From contig NW_027362773.1 in the NCBI RefSeq assembly GCF_046119375.1, positions 160,270,001 to 160,334,000 on the forward strand: a DNA stretch of 64,000 nt. The letters are read 5' to 3'. Origin of the DNA: Phyllobates terribilis (Eukaryota). Made by a program: the position numbers and the translations under genes. Positions within the stretch are counted from its first letter, which is position 1. Each line of letters opens with the position of its first letter. Shown one piece after another: positions 40,656 to 53,600 of this stretch. A model generated the notes under the pieces. That model was given only the letters and a program-made list of their open reading frames with translations. It was not told the DNA's origin and searched no databases.

Positions 40656-43600
40656 CAGGGATGTCAAACGCAAATACAGAGAGGACCTCAGAATAAAAAG
40701 ATTGGACGAAGTCGCCGGCAAACTTGATATTTATTAAAACAATGTCTACAAATGAAGTTTTTTCCTCATCGAATATAATGATTAAACTTTTCATATGGAA
40801 ACAAACTTAAAGGAGTTGTGCCACAAAGTACATTTTAATTAATAGATCTTAGAATAAAGTCCTCCATACAGAATAATGGGCCCACATAGTCCTCCATACA
40901 GAATAATGGGCCCACATAGTCCTCCATACAGAATAATGGGCCCCACATAGTCCTCCATACAGTATAATGGGCTCCACATAGTCCTCCATACAGTATAATG
41001 GCCCCACATAGTCCTCCATACAGTATAATGGGCCCCACATAGTCCTCCATACAGTATAATAGGCCCCACATAGCCCTCCATACAGTATAATGGCCCCACA
41101 TAGTCCTCCATACAGTATAATGGGCCCCACATAGTCCTCCATACAGTATAATGGGCCCCACATAGTCCTCCATACAGTATAATGCCCCCACATGGTCTTC
41201 CATACAGAATAATGATCCCCACATAGTCCTCCATACAGTATAATGGCCCCACATAGTCCTCCATACAGTATAATGGGCCCCACATAGTCCTCCATACAGT
41301 ATAATAGGCCCCACATAGTCCTCCATACAGAATAATGGGCCCCACATAGTCCTCCATACAGTATAATGGGCTCCACATAGTCCTCCATACAGTATAATGG
41401 CCCCACATAGTCCTCCATACAGTATAATGGGCCCCACATAGTCCTCCATACAGTATAATAGGCCCCACATAGCCCTCCATACAGTATAATGGCCTCACAT
41501 AGCCCTCCATACAGAATAATGGGCTCCACATAGTCCTCCATACAGTATAATGGCCCCACATAGTCCTCCATACAGTATAATGGGCCCCACATAGTCCTCC
41601 ATACAGTATAATAGGCCCCACATAGCCCTCCATACAGTATAATGGCCCCACATAGTCCTCCATACAGTATAATGGGCCCCACATAGTCCTCCATACAGTA
41701 TAATGGGCCCCACATAGTCCTCCATACAGTATAATGCCCCCACATGGTCTTCCATACAGAATAATGATCCCCACATAGTCCTCCATACAGTATAATGACC
41801 CCACATAGTCCTCCATACAGTATAATGACCCCACATAGTCCTCCATACAGTATAATGGCCCCACATAGTCCTCCATACAGTATAATGGGCCGCACATAGT
41901 CCTCCATACAGTATAATGGCCCCACATAGTCCTCCATACAGCATAATGGGCCCCACATAGTCCTCCATACAGCATAATGGGCCCCACATAGTCCTCCATA
42001 CAGTATAATGGGCCCCACATAGTCCTCCATACAGTATAATGGGCCCCACATAGTCCTCCATACAGTATAATGGGCCCCACATAGTCCTCCATACAGTATA
42101 ATGGGCCCCACATAGTCCTCCATACAGTATAATGGGCCCCACATAGTCCTCCATACAGTATAATGGGCCCCACATAGTCCTCCATACAGTATAATGGGCC
42201 CCACATAGTCCTCCATACAGAATAATGGGCACCACATAGTCCCCCATACAGTATAAAGGCCCTACATAGTCCTCCATACAGTATAATGGGCCCCACATAG
42301 TCTTCCATACAGTATAATGGGCCCCACACAGTCCTCCATACAGTATAATGGGCCCCACACAGTCCTCCATACAGTATAATGGGCCCCACACAGTCCTCCA
42401 TACAGTATAATGGGCCCCACATAGTCCTCCATACAGTATAATGGGCCCCACATAGTCCTCCATACAGTATAATGGGCCCCACATAGTCCTCCATACAGTA
42501 TAATGGGCCCCACATAGTCCTCAATACAGAATAATGGGCACCACATAGTCCCCCATACAGTATAATGGCCTCACATAGTCCTCCATACAGAATAATGGGC
42601 TCCACATAGTCCTCCATACAGTATAATGGCCCCACATAGTCCTCCATACAGTATAATGGCCTCACATAGTCCTCCATACAGAATAATGGGCTCCACATAG
42701 TCCTCCATACAGTATAATGGCCCCACATAGTCCTCCATACAGTATAATGGGCCCCACATAGTCCTCCATACAGTATAATAGGCCCCACATAGCCCTCCAT
42801 ACAGTATAATGGCCCCACATAGTCCTCCATACAGTATAATGGGCCCCACATAGTCCTCCATACAGTATAATGGGCCCCACATAGTCCTCCATACAGTATA
42901 ATGCCCCCACATAGTCCTCCATACAGAATAATGATCCCCACATAGTCCTCCATACAGTATAATGGCCCCACATAGTCCTCCATACAGTATAATGACCCCA
43001 CATAGTCCTCCATACAGTATAATGACCCCACATAGTCCTCCATACAGTATAATGGGCCCCACATAGTCCTCCATACAGTATAATGGCCCCACATAGTCCT
43101 CCATACAGCATAATGGGCCCCACATAGTCCTCCATACAGCATAATGGGCCCCACATAGTCCTCCATACAGTATAATGGGCCCCACATAGTCCTCCATACA
43201 GTATAATGGGCCCCACATAGTCCTCCATACAGTATAATGGGCCCCACATAGTCCTCCATACAGTATAATGGGCCCCACATAGTCCTCCATACAGTATAAT
43301 GGGCCCCACATAGTCCTCCATACAGTATAATGGGCCCCACATAGTCCTCCATACAGTATAATGGGCCCCACATAGTCCTCCATACAGAATAATGGGCACC
43401 ACATAGTCCCCCATACAGTATAAAGGCCCTACACAGTCCTCCATACAGTATAATGGGCCCCACACAGTCTTCCATACAGTATAATGGGCCCCACACAGTC
43501 CTCCATACAGTATAATGGGCCCCACATAGTCCTCCATACAGTATAATGGGCCCCACATAGTCCTCCATACAGTATAATGGGCCCCACATAGTCCTCAATA

Positions 43601-43966
43601 CAGAATAATGGGCACCACATAGTCCCCCATACAGTATAAAGGCCCTACATAGTCCTCCATACAGTATAATGGGCCCCACATAGCCCTCCATACAATATAA
43701 TGGCCCCACATAGTCCTCCATACAGTATAATGGCCCCACATAGTCCTCCATACAGTATAATTGGCCCCACATAGTCCTCCATACAGTATAATTGGCCCCA
43801 CATAGTCCTCCATACAGTATAATTGGCCCCACATAGTCCTCCATACAGTATAATTGGCCCCACATAGTCCTCCATACAGTATAATTGGCCGGGCCCACAT
43901 AGTCCCTGGCATTGCGGGCCAAATATAATCACCCTGAGGCCCATGACCATGAGTTTGACATGTATG
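40656..43966. mobile_element. Non-autonomous hAT element inflated by an internal satellite
   Basis: Left TIR cagggatgtcaaac at 40656; right TIR gtttgacatgtatg ending at 43966. 8-bp flanks cattaata / cattaaaa (7/8 match). Subterminal gcgggcc motifs. Confidence 0.75.
40858..43900. repeat. 30/31-bp minisatellite, ~100 copies, ~3 kb
   Basis: Unit cc(c)cacatagtcctccatacagtataatgg(g). Source of the 1027-aa, 462-aa and 329-aa artefact ORFs. Confidence 0.97.
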
Positions 43967-44320
43967 CATTAAAAGGACTGTTGATCTTGTAAGGGCGAGT
44001 TCAGTACCGTGGTCGTGGTTCGGACCGTCCGCGAGACTCCTGACCCAAACTCTGCAGCCTCATCTATGCCCCCACGTTGTGTCAGGAGACTCCCGGCGGG
44101 TTTGTGCTCAGCGTTTCACAGACGTACGAGTTGGACCAATTTAGCAGCAGTGTCAGTAAGGCTCAGTTCCCACAGTGAGTATGTTCTGATTTTTTTACCT
44201 GCAGGTTTTCTGCTTAGTCCGCATCATAATACGCAATATTCTTCTTCTCTGATTATTGCATTTTGATGAATTACTTTGGCTGTGGTTTCCTTTTATACAA
44301 TGTGTTTTTGGTGCTGATTT

Positions 44321-44650
44321 GAAGCAGCATTGTTTATTGCCTTTTATGAAGCAGCATTGTTTATTGCATTTTATGAAGCAGCATTCATTGTTTATTGCAT
44401 TTTATGAAGCAGCATTGTTTATTGCATTTTATGAAGCAGCATTGTTTGTTGCCTTTTATGAAGCAGCATTGTTTATTGCCTTTTATCAAGCAGCATTGTT
44501 TGTTGCCTTTTATGAAGCAGCATTCATTGTTTGTTGCCTTTTATGAAGCAGCATTGTTTGTTGCCTTTTATGAAGCAGCATTGTTTATTGCCTTTTATGA
44601 AGCAGCATTGTTTATTGCCTTTTATGAAGCAGCATTGTTTATTGCATTTT
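44321..44650. repeat. 27-bp minisatellite, ~12 copies
   Basis: Unit gaagcagcattgtttattgccttttat. Confidence 0.92.
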
Positions 44651-45979
44651 ATTATTAAGATTTTATGATGCACTTAGGTTTTTTTTAAGTGCATTTTTTC
44701 AGGCTTATTATTGAAGCCAATGGAGTCCAGGAGTGCAAATAAAACATTAGGAAAACGTCCTCTTATTGATGGTCGTGTGTTGGTTACATGCATCTCCACG
44801 CAATAAAAAGCCACATGCACTTTTTTTTATCTGCGAATCTTCCGCGTCCCATTGAAGACTATGAGCAAAATTAGCAAAAAAAAATGCGTATTAACTGCCA
44901 AAAAAAATTGACATGCTGCAGATTTCCAAATTACACGGCGGGTCAGCGTCAGCAGCGTTAAAAGACAAAAGTGGGCAAAATCTAGAAATCTCCACTTTGC
45001 TTGACTGCTCATATATACCTATGAGGCGGCTGAGTTGTGTGCAGACTTGTGGTTGGTCTGTGATAAACATGTGTGAATGCGGCCTAAGTGCGTATTCACA
45101 CGTAGCCGCTGTGGTTTGGGTACAAATCCCCTAGATATGTATTATGGTGTCACGAAAGCCTCTCAAAACCTGCTTTATAGGCCGTTTTAGCAGCACCCAG
45201 GGGATTTGCCAACTCGGCTCGCGGTGAAAGTCCTCTGCAAGAGTTGGTAAGTAAGTACACCCTTAGGAAATATTCATAGGTGGCAGACGTGCAGAAATAC
45301 ATGTGCTTGTCTCTAAAACAACCCATCAGAGGTCTGGCACTAATCTCCAGCTGCATGTGAACATATCCCAAGCGGAGAAAATCAGCGGCTGCTCCTCTTC
45401 TCCATAGAATAAAATGGGAAAGAAAAATTGTAAATTTAGCGCAATTTTTTTCATTGTCACGGTCACCACGGGGCAAAATTTCTGAAAATTCTATCCTGAA
45501 GCGCGACATGAACATGTTGTTGGCAGCAGCGATTGTCCGGGGTGTGAACACTCAGCAACCTCCCGGCACTGAACGTTCTGTTTAGCTTCTTGTGAACTTT
45601 GCCCCGTGGCCTCCTGCCGAACCTATCAGGTGTGACCGCACCCGGACACGAGAGGTACGGGGAGAGGCTGCAGGTGACACATTCACACCTGAGGGGGGCG
45701 CCGCAGTGATACCTGGAGCTGGGAAAGCTGACAACAAATACGGCCGCACGGAATGGGATATATTTACAGGAGGTGCAAGTAAATAGCCAGAAAAAGCTGA
45801 ATTCTAAACGGCTGCAAAACGCTTATTATACAGGTAATGCAAATATGTGTAAAAAACTGCAAATCACAATGAAATAAAATGTATTTGTTTTCCAATCGCA
45901 GTTTTACCGCACCCTAAGGCCCATTTCAGACGTCTGCTTTTCACGTACATGTTCTAGTCGTGGTTTTCATGGATAGTAT

Positions 45980-46377
45980 GGGCGGCACAGTGGCTCGGTG
46001 GTTAGCACTGCATGGTGGCTCGGTGGTTAGCACTGCATGGTGGCTCGGTGGTTAGCACTGCATGGTGGCTCGGTGGTTAGCACTGCATGGTGGCTCGGTG
46101 GTTAGCACTGCATGGTGGCTCGGTGGTTAGCACTGCACGGTGGCTCGGTGGTTAGCACTGCAGCCCTGCAGTTCTGGGGTCCTGGGTTCAATCCCACCAA
46201 GGACAACATCTGCAAGGAGTAGCTTCTCCCGGTGTTTGTGTGGGTTTCCTCCAGGTTCTCCGGTTTCCTCCCACACTCCAAAGACTGATAGGAAATGTAG
46301 ATTGTGAGCCCCAATGGGGACAGAGGTTGTCTGTGAAGCGCTGTGGAATTAATGGCGTTATATAAGTAAAATAAATA
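45980..46377 (+). mobile_element. tRNA-derived SINE with 7x tandem A-box region
   Basis: Same family as 11765. The 25-bp unit cactgcatggtggctcggtggttag is repeated 7 times before the B-box ggttcaatccc. Confidence 0.88.
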
Positions 46378-46767
46378 TAGCAAACACAAATCCATTGTAA
46401 TCTACGGGGCTGTTCACATGTCCTGGTTTTTTGTGGACTGTGCGTTTCTGTAAAACTCATGGAAGGGTCCGATCTTGATCCGCGTCACAGATCAGAATTA
46501 CCCAAACAAATCTATGAGGGTCCCGACACAGCGCCCGGGCAACGTCAGTGGGCAATCTGTGATTTACATTGTAATGAACAGAAGATTTGTCATTAATTTA
46601 TTTATCCAGACAACGGACCAAACACTGATAACACTAGGGCTGGTTTTCTCAGGGGGCTTCATTGAGGGGATACAGGAATCTCTGCTGTTGAACTCAATGA
46701 TTCCTAGGGCTGCGGTAACACAGAAAAAGACTGAGGATTTTTTTTCTGCCTGAAAAATCCACATTTT

Positions 46768-46925
46768 TTTTTGTTATGCGGCATACGTGTGGACTTTTTT
46801 TTTGTTATGCGGCATACGTGTGGACTTTTTTTTTGTTATGCGGCATACGTGTGGACTTTTTTTTTGTTATGCGGCATACGTGTGGACTTTTTTTTTGTTA
46901 TGCGGCATACGTGTGGACTTTTTCT
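46768..46925. repeat. 31-bp minisatellite, 5 copies
   Basis: Unit T-run + gttatgcggcatacgtgtggac. Confidence 0.9.
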
Positions 46926-47216
46926 TATGTAAAGTGAAGCAAATACATTTTCTTTGCATTTTCAGCACTTGTGGGGGAAAAAAAAAAAACACAACGGCCC
47001 CAACTCATCAATTGCAAGGTTTTTTGTTTTTTTTAAAGTCACTTTTCTTTTTTTGTTGTGATATTACTTATCGAAAAATCAGCTTGTTAGTGGCGGCACA
47101 TTATGACAGCTTGTACCTACAGTTCTGTCATCGGACGCCTTTCAGTCGCTCTCGGATGTTGGGGCGGCTGCCAGCGAAAGTTTCCATCCCTCCATGGTGC
47201 TTTCTTCTAAGCTCAA

Positions 47217-47232
47217 TGTCGCCCCCTGCTGA
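47217..47232 (-). promoter_or_regulatory. Candidate CTCF site
   Basis: Minus strand reads TCAGCAGGGGGCGACA, close to the CTCF core CCASYAGRKGGCRS. Motif match only. Confidence 0.4.
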
Positions 47233-47575
47233 GTAGCAGTGGGTACAGCGTCACGTACATCAGCCTAGAAGTCCCCCGCACTGCTGATTTGCTGCATTTT
47301 TGAGCGACTTCAGAATCAGTCAGCGAGCGCATTGGGACGTTTGTAAATCTACGGACTCGATTCATTATTGCATTTGTGTTCAGTTTTTCAGCTGTTTTTT
47401 TTTTTATTTTTTGAGCCAACAGATTCCTCTTGTAACTTGCACATATTTTGAAGTCTATTTTCCACTGACTTGTAACTTTCTAAAAACTAAGTTTTCGCGC
47501 ACATATTCCCCACTTACCCCTGGAGTGATTTTTTTTTTTCTTGTACACCAGAAATTTTTGCACAAATGTTAAGAA

Positions 47576-47581
47576 TTTAAT
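47576..47581 (-). terminator. Candidate ARHGAP1 polyadenylation signal (ATTAAA), implying a ~3.1-kb 3' UTR
   Basis: ATTAAA on the minus strand at the end of a long A/T-tract-rich stretch downstream of the ARHGAP1 stop. No transcript evidence. Confidence 0.35.
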
Positions 47582-49783
47582 ACAACATTTTTAACAAATC
47601 ATGATACTATTTTCTCTTAAAAAAAAAAAAAAAAAAGTTGCAAAAAAATGATTTTTTTTTTGAACAAACTTAATGAAGCTGCATGCATTATTTTTGAAAA
47701 ATTTGGCACTAAAAACAGAAATGACTACAGAAGACAAAAAAAGAAAAAGTGACAAAAAAATGAGCAGATGCTGAATCTGTCTTTTTCTGAGCTCCTCCCA
47801 GCTGATTTATGACAACATCAAAGTATAGCTCAACCGTGATGTGGTTTTGTGGTCAAATGAGTTCAGCAGTGGTCAAATCAGTTCAGCAGGGCTCAGAAAA
47901 AGACTGAAAAAAATTCCTGTCAGAATGAACTCACTGGTGGATCTACAGTTACCTCATTTTGCATCCAAAACCAATGCAAAAATGGTTAGAAAACCCAAAT
48001 TGCAAAAATTATTTTAAACCCTAAATACATGCATTGAAAAATGAAGACCCTTTGGACCAAACAGAATTTTCACGTCTGAAACAAATCGAGCAGATAAATA
48101 AGACGCGGACACGAGTTACATCTCATCGACTGATTTTTTTTTTTTTTTTTCTCCTCTTCGAAATTGAAGTACAAAACATAAAATCACAAGCAGAGTAGAA
48201 ACGTGACGCGAGGCAGGAACCATCGGATCAGAACCACGACACCTGGGAACTAGAAAAGGAGGCAAATCCCCCCCGAGCGTCCAAAAACACGTTACATGGT
48301 GTCAGGTGAAAAATCACGGCGGTGTCCGGTCGTGGGGGTCGATCCCACCGGCAGCTCGTGTCCTGTGGGCAATGTAGGGAAAGGCCACGTCCATTTACAC
48401 AAAGCAGGAGACGACCGAAAACTATGGCTTCCCTTCTGATTAAGCAGGGGGGGGGAATGGACAAAAATGGCTGCCACAGACCCGACCGCATCAGGGAACG
48501 ATGTGATGCAGCAAGAAGGACTCGATTTTTGCTGCATTGCAAAGAGTGAATCTTCGGCGTAAATCGACATGTTGCAGACTGAGAAATGGCAGCGCTGTCA
48601 CTTTAACGTGCACTTATGTGTTACTCCCTTCCTTCTGCCCCTTATACCTGACTGCACAGGACTTTGTAACCATGGAGACACATGGGTCAGCATGGGAGCT
48701 GGATACCTAAAAATGATAGTGATGTATCTGTATGAGCACCTATCAGTAATATATTCCAATAGGGGCACAATGGATCTCGCCCCGGGGAGGACGCAATGAT
48801 CTGCAGCAGGTGTAGGATATGATGATGATGATGATGATGATTGATGATATTATTGGGGCTGAAAGATGAATCCTACTCGAGATGAGGGAATGGATTCTCA
48901 GGAATCTGGCCCGGCAGTCACGTCGTCACTAGTCCATGGCCGCCGGACAGTGTCCCTGCAACCCGCCTCTTACTTGCCGGCATCCGCAGAGTCTCCCGAT
49001 TTATAGGGTGGTCCGACGTCATGTTTTATCCACATCGCAACGATGAATCGGGAAGAGGAGACAACGATGAATGGGGAAGAGGAGACGTTCTGCGTTTCTT
49101 TGATGACCTCTAATCCTCACCTGAAGACGCCCATTGGACCCTCCCAAAAAAAAAAAAAGAAGCCGCTCACACGGAGGTAAAGCCATAATCATACATTAAA
49201 GCGTAGAAAACACATCCAAGAAGGCAAAAAAACATTTGGCAATAAAATATCATGAAAAGGTACAAAACCGTATTCATAAACGCACTTTATAAAGGACGGG
49301 ATTGTGCGAAGGGCAGGAACACGAAGTGCAGAACACCGAGGGGATGAAAGACGCCGTCGTGACAGTCACCTGCAAAATAATGACATATGGCACACAAAGC
49401 AACAGCCAGGACAGAGGTGGCACCGCCCGGCGCTGGCATCACTGCGGTGCCCCAACACCATCATATGTAGTGGCCTGATTTCTGATACAGAGCTCCAAAT
49501 CCCCAGCTTAGAGGAAGAACAATGCACGTTAATACTTGCAGCCTCCACTAGGGGGAGATAAAATGCTCAGGCTGGTTTTAGGCTCCCCCTAGTGGAGGTC
49601 AATCACTACTACTCCAGTGTCTGCAAGACTGGTGGCCGCGCACAGCAGTAGTGCCCCGGCATTACAGGGGGACACAGCACCCCTATTTATTTGGTTGTTG
49701 TGGTCCCACCAATCACAGATCAGTAGACAGGCGAGAAGTGCGAGGCACAGGCCAATCCTTAAACATTGGAGAAAAAAAAAAAC

Positions 49784-49945
49784 AAAACATGGCTGCTTCC
49801 TTCCAGAAACAGCGCCACACCTGTCCACAGTTTGTGAGCAGTATTGCAGCTCAGCCCTATTGAAATAAATGGAGCTGACCTGCAATACCACAGCCAACCT
49901 GTGGACAGATGTGGGGCTGTTTCATGAAGGAAGTGGCCATGTTTT
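49784..49945. mobile_element. Palindromic element in the presumed ARHGAP1 3' UTR
   Basis: ~70-bp imperfect inverted arms (aaacatggc...cagctcagc / gagctgacc...gccatgttt) around a short loop. Confidence 0.75.
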
Positions 49946-50642
49946 TCTGATGAAAATGATTCACTATGGGAACGGAAGGCATTTCTCCCCTTCGGAGTCG
50001 GATTTTACAAGCCGAATCTGGACTGTCACCTCCCCGGGATGTCGTCATTTATATACAGATATGTGACGGCTGTGGGTTTCTGTGCAGAGTGAGCGACGTG
50101 TATAAAAATATATTAATAAAAGAACATAAAAAACAACCACCGTAAGGGATAAAAGCGAGATAGGGGGGTGCGGTACAGATTCCGGAGCGCAGGAGTCGAA
50201 CTTTGTGCCAATATTCCAGAGTGAAAAACCAGATCGGCCACAAAGTCACCCGAAAAAAATTCCCAAAAAGTTCCTCCTGGGTGTCAGAGGAGCTACGGAT
50301 GGCGGTCGGGTCTCGTCCAGCCGTATATAGAGGAGCTCGGAGGAATGTGGAGGATAAGGACAGAAGCGTCGTACAGGGGATTCCCTCAATCACTTTGTGC
50401 ACCACCTCGCCCCCGACACGCCACACCGATCACACAGGAGAGCGCTGCTCTGCCTACCGGAGGCACCAGCTGTCGCCCCCATGTGGTGGTGTATTTGGCG
50501 CACACCCTGGTGCTACAAGCTGCATTGGAGATGCCGGCTCCAACGTGTCACGTACGGACGCAGGAGGGGCAGTGACGCGGTGGAGGGGCCGGGCAGCGCT
50601 CGGCTGGCAGTGGTGGGAGTGTCGCAGCGAGAGCATTCGGAT

Positions 50643-53600
50643 TTAGTGAATGTCCCCGAACAGCTCCTTCTGGCGGTCGAGCAGGAACTTGGTGAAGGTG
50701 TTGATGGGATTTATGGCTTTCAGGGTCATTGCCACGTCCTTTGCCCAGAGGAGGTTGGGGCCGAACACCACGGCCAGGTTGGCATTTGTCATCTTATTCT
50801 GGTCGCTCCGGGCGGATACCTGAAGAAGAGTCAGAGACCATCGGTGAGGAAGAGAATAGACTATTGCACCCGGCACATTGCTGAGGAGCCGCCATCTTAC
50901 CTCAACTAGAAAAGCGAGGAGGAAGCGCAGAACTTCATAATTCTCTTCAGGCAAAGTCTTCAGAGTCTCTCGAGTGGATTCCACCCGCGTCTCCGGCTCT
51001 AAATCTGCAAGAGATCCGTATGGGAAGAATGAAAGCCGGACTGCAGAACGGACGGTCGACTGGAGAAATCACCAAAGATGATGCTGGTGTGGCCATTAGA
51101 GACCCTCCACTCAGACTCAGGGGGGCCACCCTCTCCGCCGGTCTATGGCTGCCGCCCGATAGGCGATCACCAGCCTTAGTGGTGATGCTGAGGGTCGGAG
51201 CGTCGCACCTTCTGTATAACAGTTTAATAAAATCATTGCGGCTGATTGCTGGGAATATCCATCCGCAGCAGCCAACGCATCGCAGTGATCTCCCCGGCAT
51301 GGCAGCAGGGAGCGGGGCGGCGGCCGGGAAACGAGGCGGCGGCCGGGAAACGAGGCGGCCAGATTCTTATCTCTTTACTACATGGCCTTGAAAATGAAGG
51401 TCACAGATATATGATGGGATTTATCTGCCGGTTGTTTTGGATCATCTTTAATCAGAGGGCAAGAGTGACTTGTATAAAAGTGATGGCATGCTGCTTCACG
51501 ACTGGCAGAGATCGGATCCCCATATTCCTAAAGCAATGAATGTACCTGCTGAGCAGCGCTCCTACTCACTGAGCCATGCAGGGAACAGCAGCCGATGCAT
51601 GTGAATAGCGAGCAACAGAGACAACTCTGTGCAGAGATAAAAGGCCGCAGTGCTCGTCCATCTATGATCAGAGGGGTCTGACCTTTGGGACCCTGGTCTA
51701 GATTCTGGGCTACATCTTCATGTTTTTCCCTACACAGTGGTCTTTAGCCGCCCGTCTGTGCAGGGGGAAACCTCGGTGCAGCCCCTAAGTGTGCGGTGCA
51801 TGTTTTCTGCACAGTCGCTGTACAGGAAAATACTCAAATGAAAGCAGCGCCTTCACTTTTTCGCCCCTGCACAGCAGCACTCTGAAACGCGTTTTGCAGC
51901 ACAGCCTCATTCAAGTGCATGTGTTCGGCTATAGACCCCTGTGAACCGAGGAGGCCGGGAAAGCTCAGCAGTAAGTGATACCGGCCCGATCTACTTTATG
52001 AGATGGGATGACAAGAGTCACAGGACACCAGGAATAAAGGAAATCAACATGAAAGATTCGGGTGCAGCAACCAATCAGGTCTCGGCTTCTCTCCTCCATC
52101 TTTTCGCCATCGTCGGCTGTGATCTGATTGGTTGCGCCACAATCTTCACTTACTGGAGAATCCGACCACGTAGTTGTACAAGTTGAAGGTCAGCAGCGGG
52201 TCGGGGAGCTCCCGGAGGAAGGTCTTCAGGATGACCGCGGTCAGGTGGACGTCGTCGTACTGCTGGAAGTCCACGGGCGATCCTGGACAGAGAACGGACG
52301 CCATCATTAGTGCAGACCACGGTGCAATCTGTCACTTATCAGTGATTTATGACCAGAGGCTGTGAGACTACTACTCTCAGCATCCCATGACAGCGTCCGG
52401 CCTTCCTATTTCACACTGCATAAGATTTCACGCAGTTTTTTTGGGTGAAAGGACACAAAAAAAAGGTGGAACAATGAAGAAATGATTTGTGAGGGCGACA
52501 TTGACAGATTTACACCATCCACGAATAATCAGTGAATATGGGGGTGGGGGTTGTTAGGGCCTTATCTGCGAGCTGGAGGACCCAATGTCCGTATAGATAA
52601 TGGTGTAATACCTCATTTCCCCTGCGGTGGCGCTGCACAGACACTGAACACCCACGACCAGGTTCCTCAGTGGATCACAGCTGATCGCTCCGATCTCTTT
52701 AGAGCAGCTTCAATACTCACCAACATTATACTTCTGCTGAACTTCTCGCACCACCTGAGTGCTGGCCGACCTCCGGAATATGCCCTCCGTGCTCAACGCT
52801 GCAAGATCAAAGAGGTCACAGGTCAAGATCCTGCACAAGTCAGCGCGACCATACATGCTGCAGAGGCGCCATACTGCATGTGTGTGTACACAGGCCAAGA
52901 AGTCGTTACTGATGAGGAAGACGAGGTCCGAGCTGTCGGCACTGGACGGACAGTAACAGATTGTTTAGGGTATATAGGCGGTCATCGTTCTCGGCAGCGC
53001 AAGTCCTGTTTACACCAGACAATGTGCTGCTGAGAACCATGATCTTTTGTGAAGCACAGTTCACTGAAGAACAAACGTTTTCCTCATTCACTATAATCTT
53101 GTAGTCTCCCCCGACTGCCGCAGACCCTGTGAAACGGCCGCACATAGGAATGATCCTGGTAATCATGGAGTGTAAATGGACCTTAATAGAACTCGGCTAA
53201 ACTGCTGCGACATCGCCGTGCGCATCATCCCCGCACTGCGACGTCGCCGTGCGCATCATCCCCGCACTGCGACGTCGCCGTGCGCATCATCCCCGCACTG
53301 CGACGTCGCCGTGCGCATCATCCCCGCACTGCGACGTCGCCGTGCGCATCATCCCCGCACTGCGACGTCGCCGTGCGCATCATCCCCGCACTGCGACGTC
53401 GCCGTGTGCATTATCCCATTATGTTATTGCTTGTCAGTATGAGGACATCATGCGATATTCCCGACACTAACCGTTCATCCTCAGATAGGCCACGGTCTCT
53501 TGCACGACTTGGGGAATCTTCCGGTCGCTGTCGGAGCGTTTGTCTTTGAGTCTGCAGATAACACAAAGCGATTGTTTCGTTGCTTCTAAGAGGAAAAGCA

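Noticed and set aside
40835-43969. 1027-aa, 462-aa, 329-aa and other long minus-strand ORFs
   Set aside because: They are translations of the 30/31-bp satellite, whose minus strand lacks stops. Overlapping ORFs occur in all three frames, with no domain or splice context.
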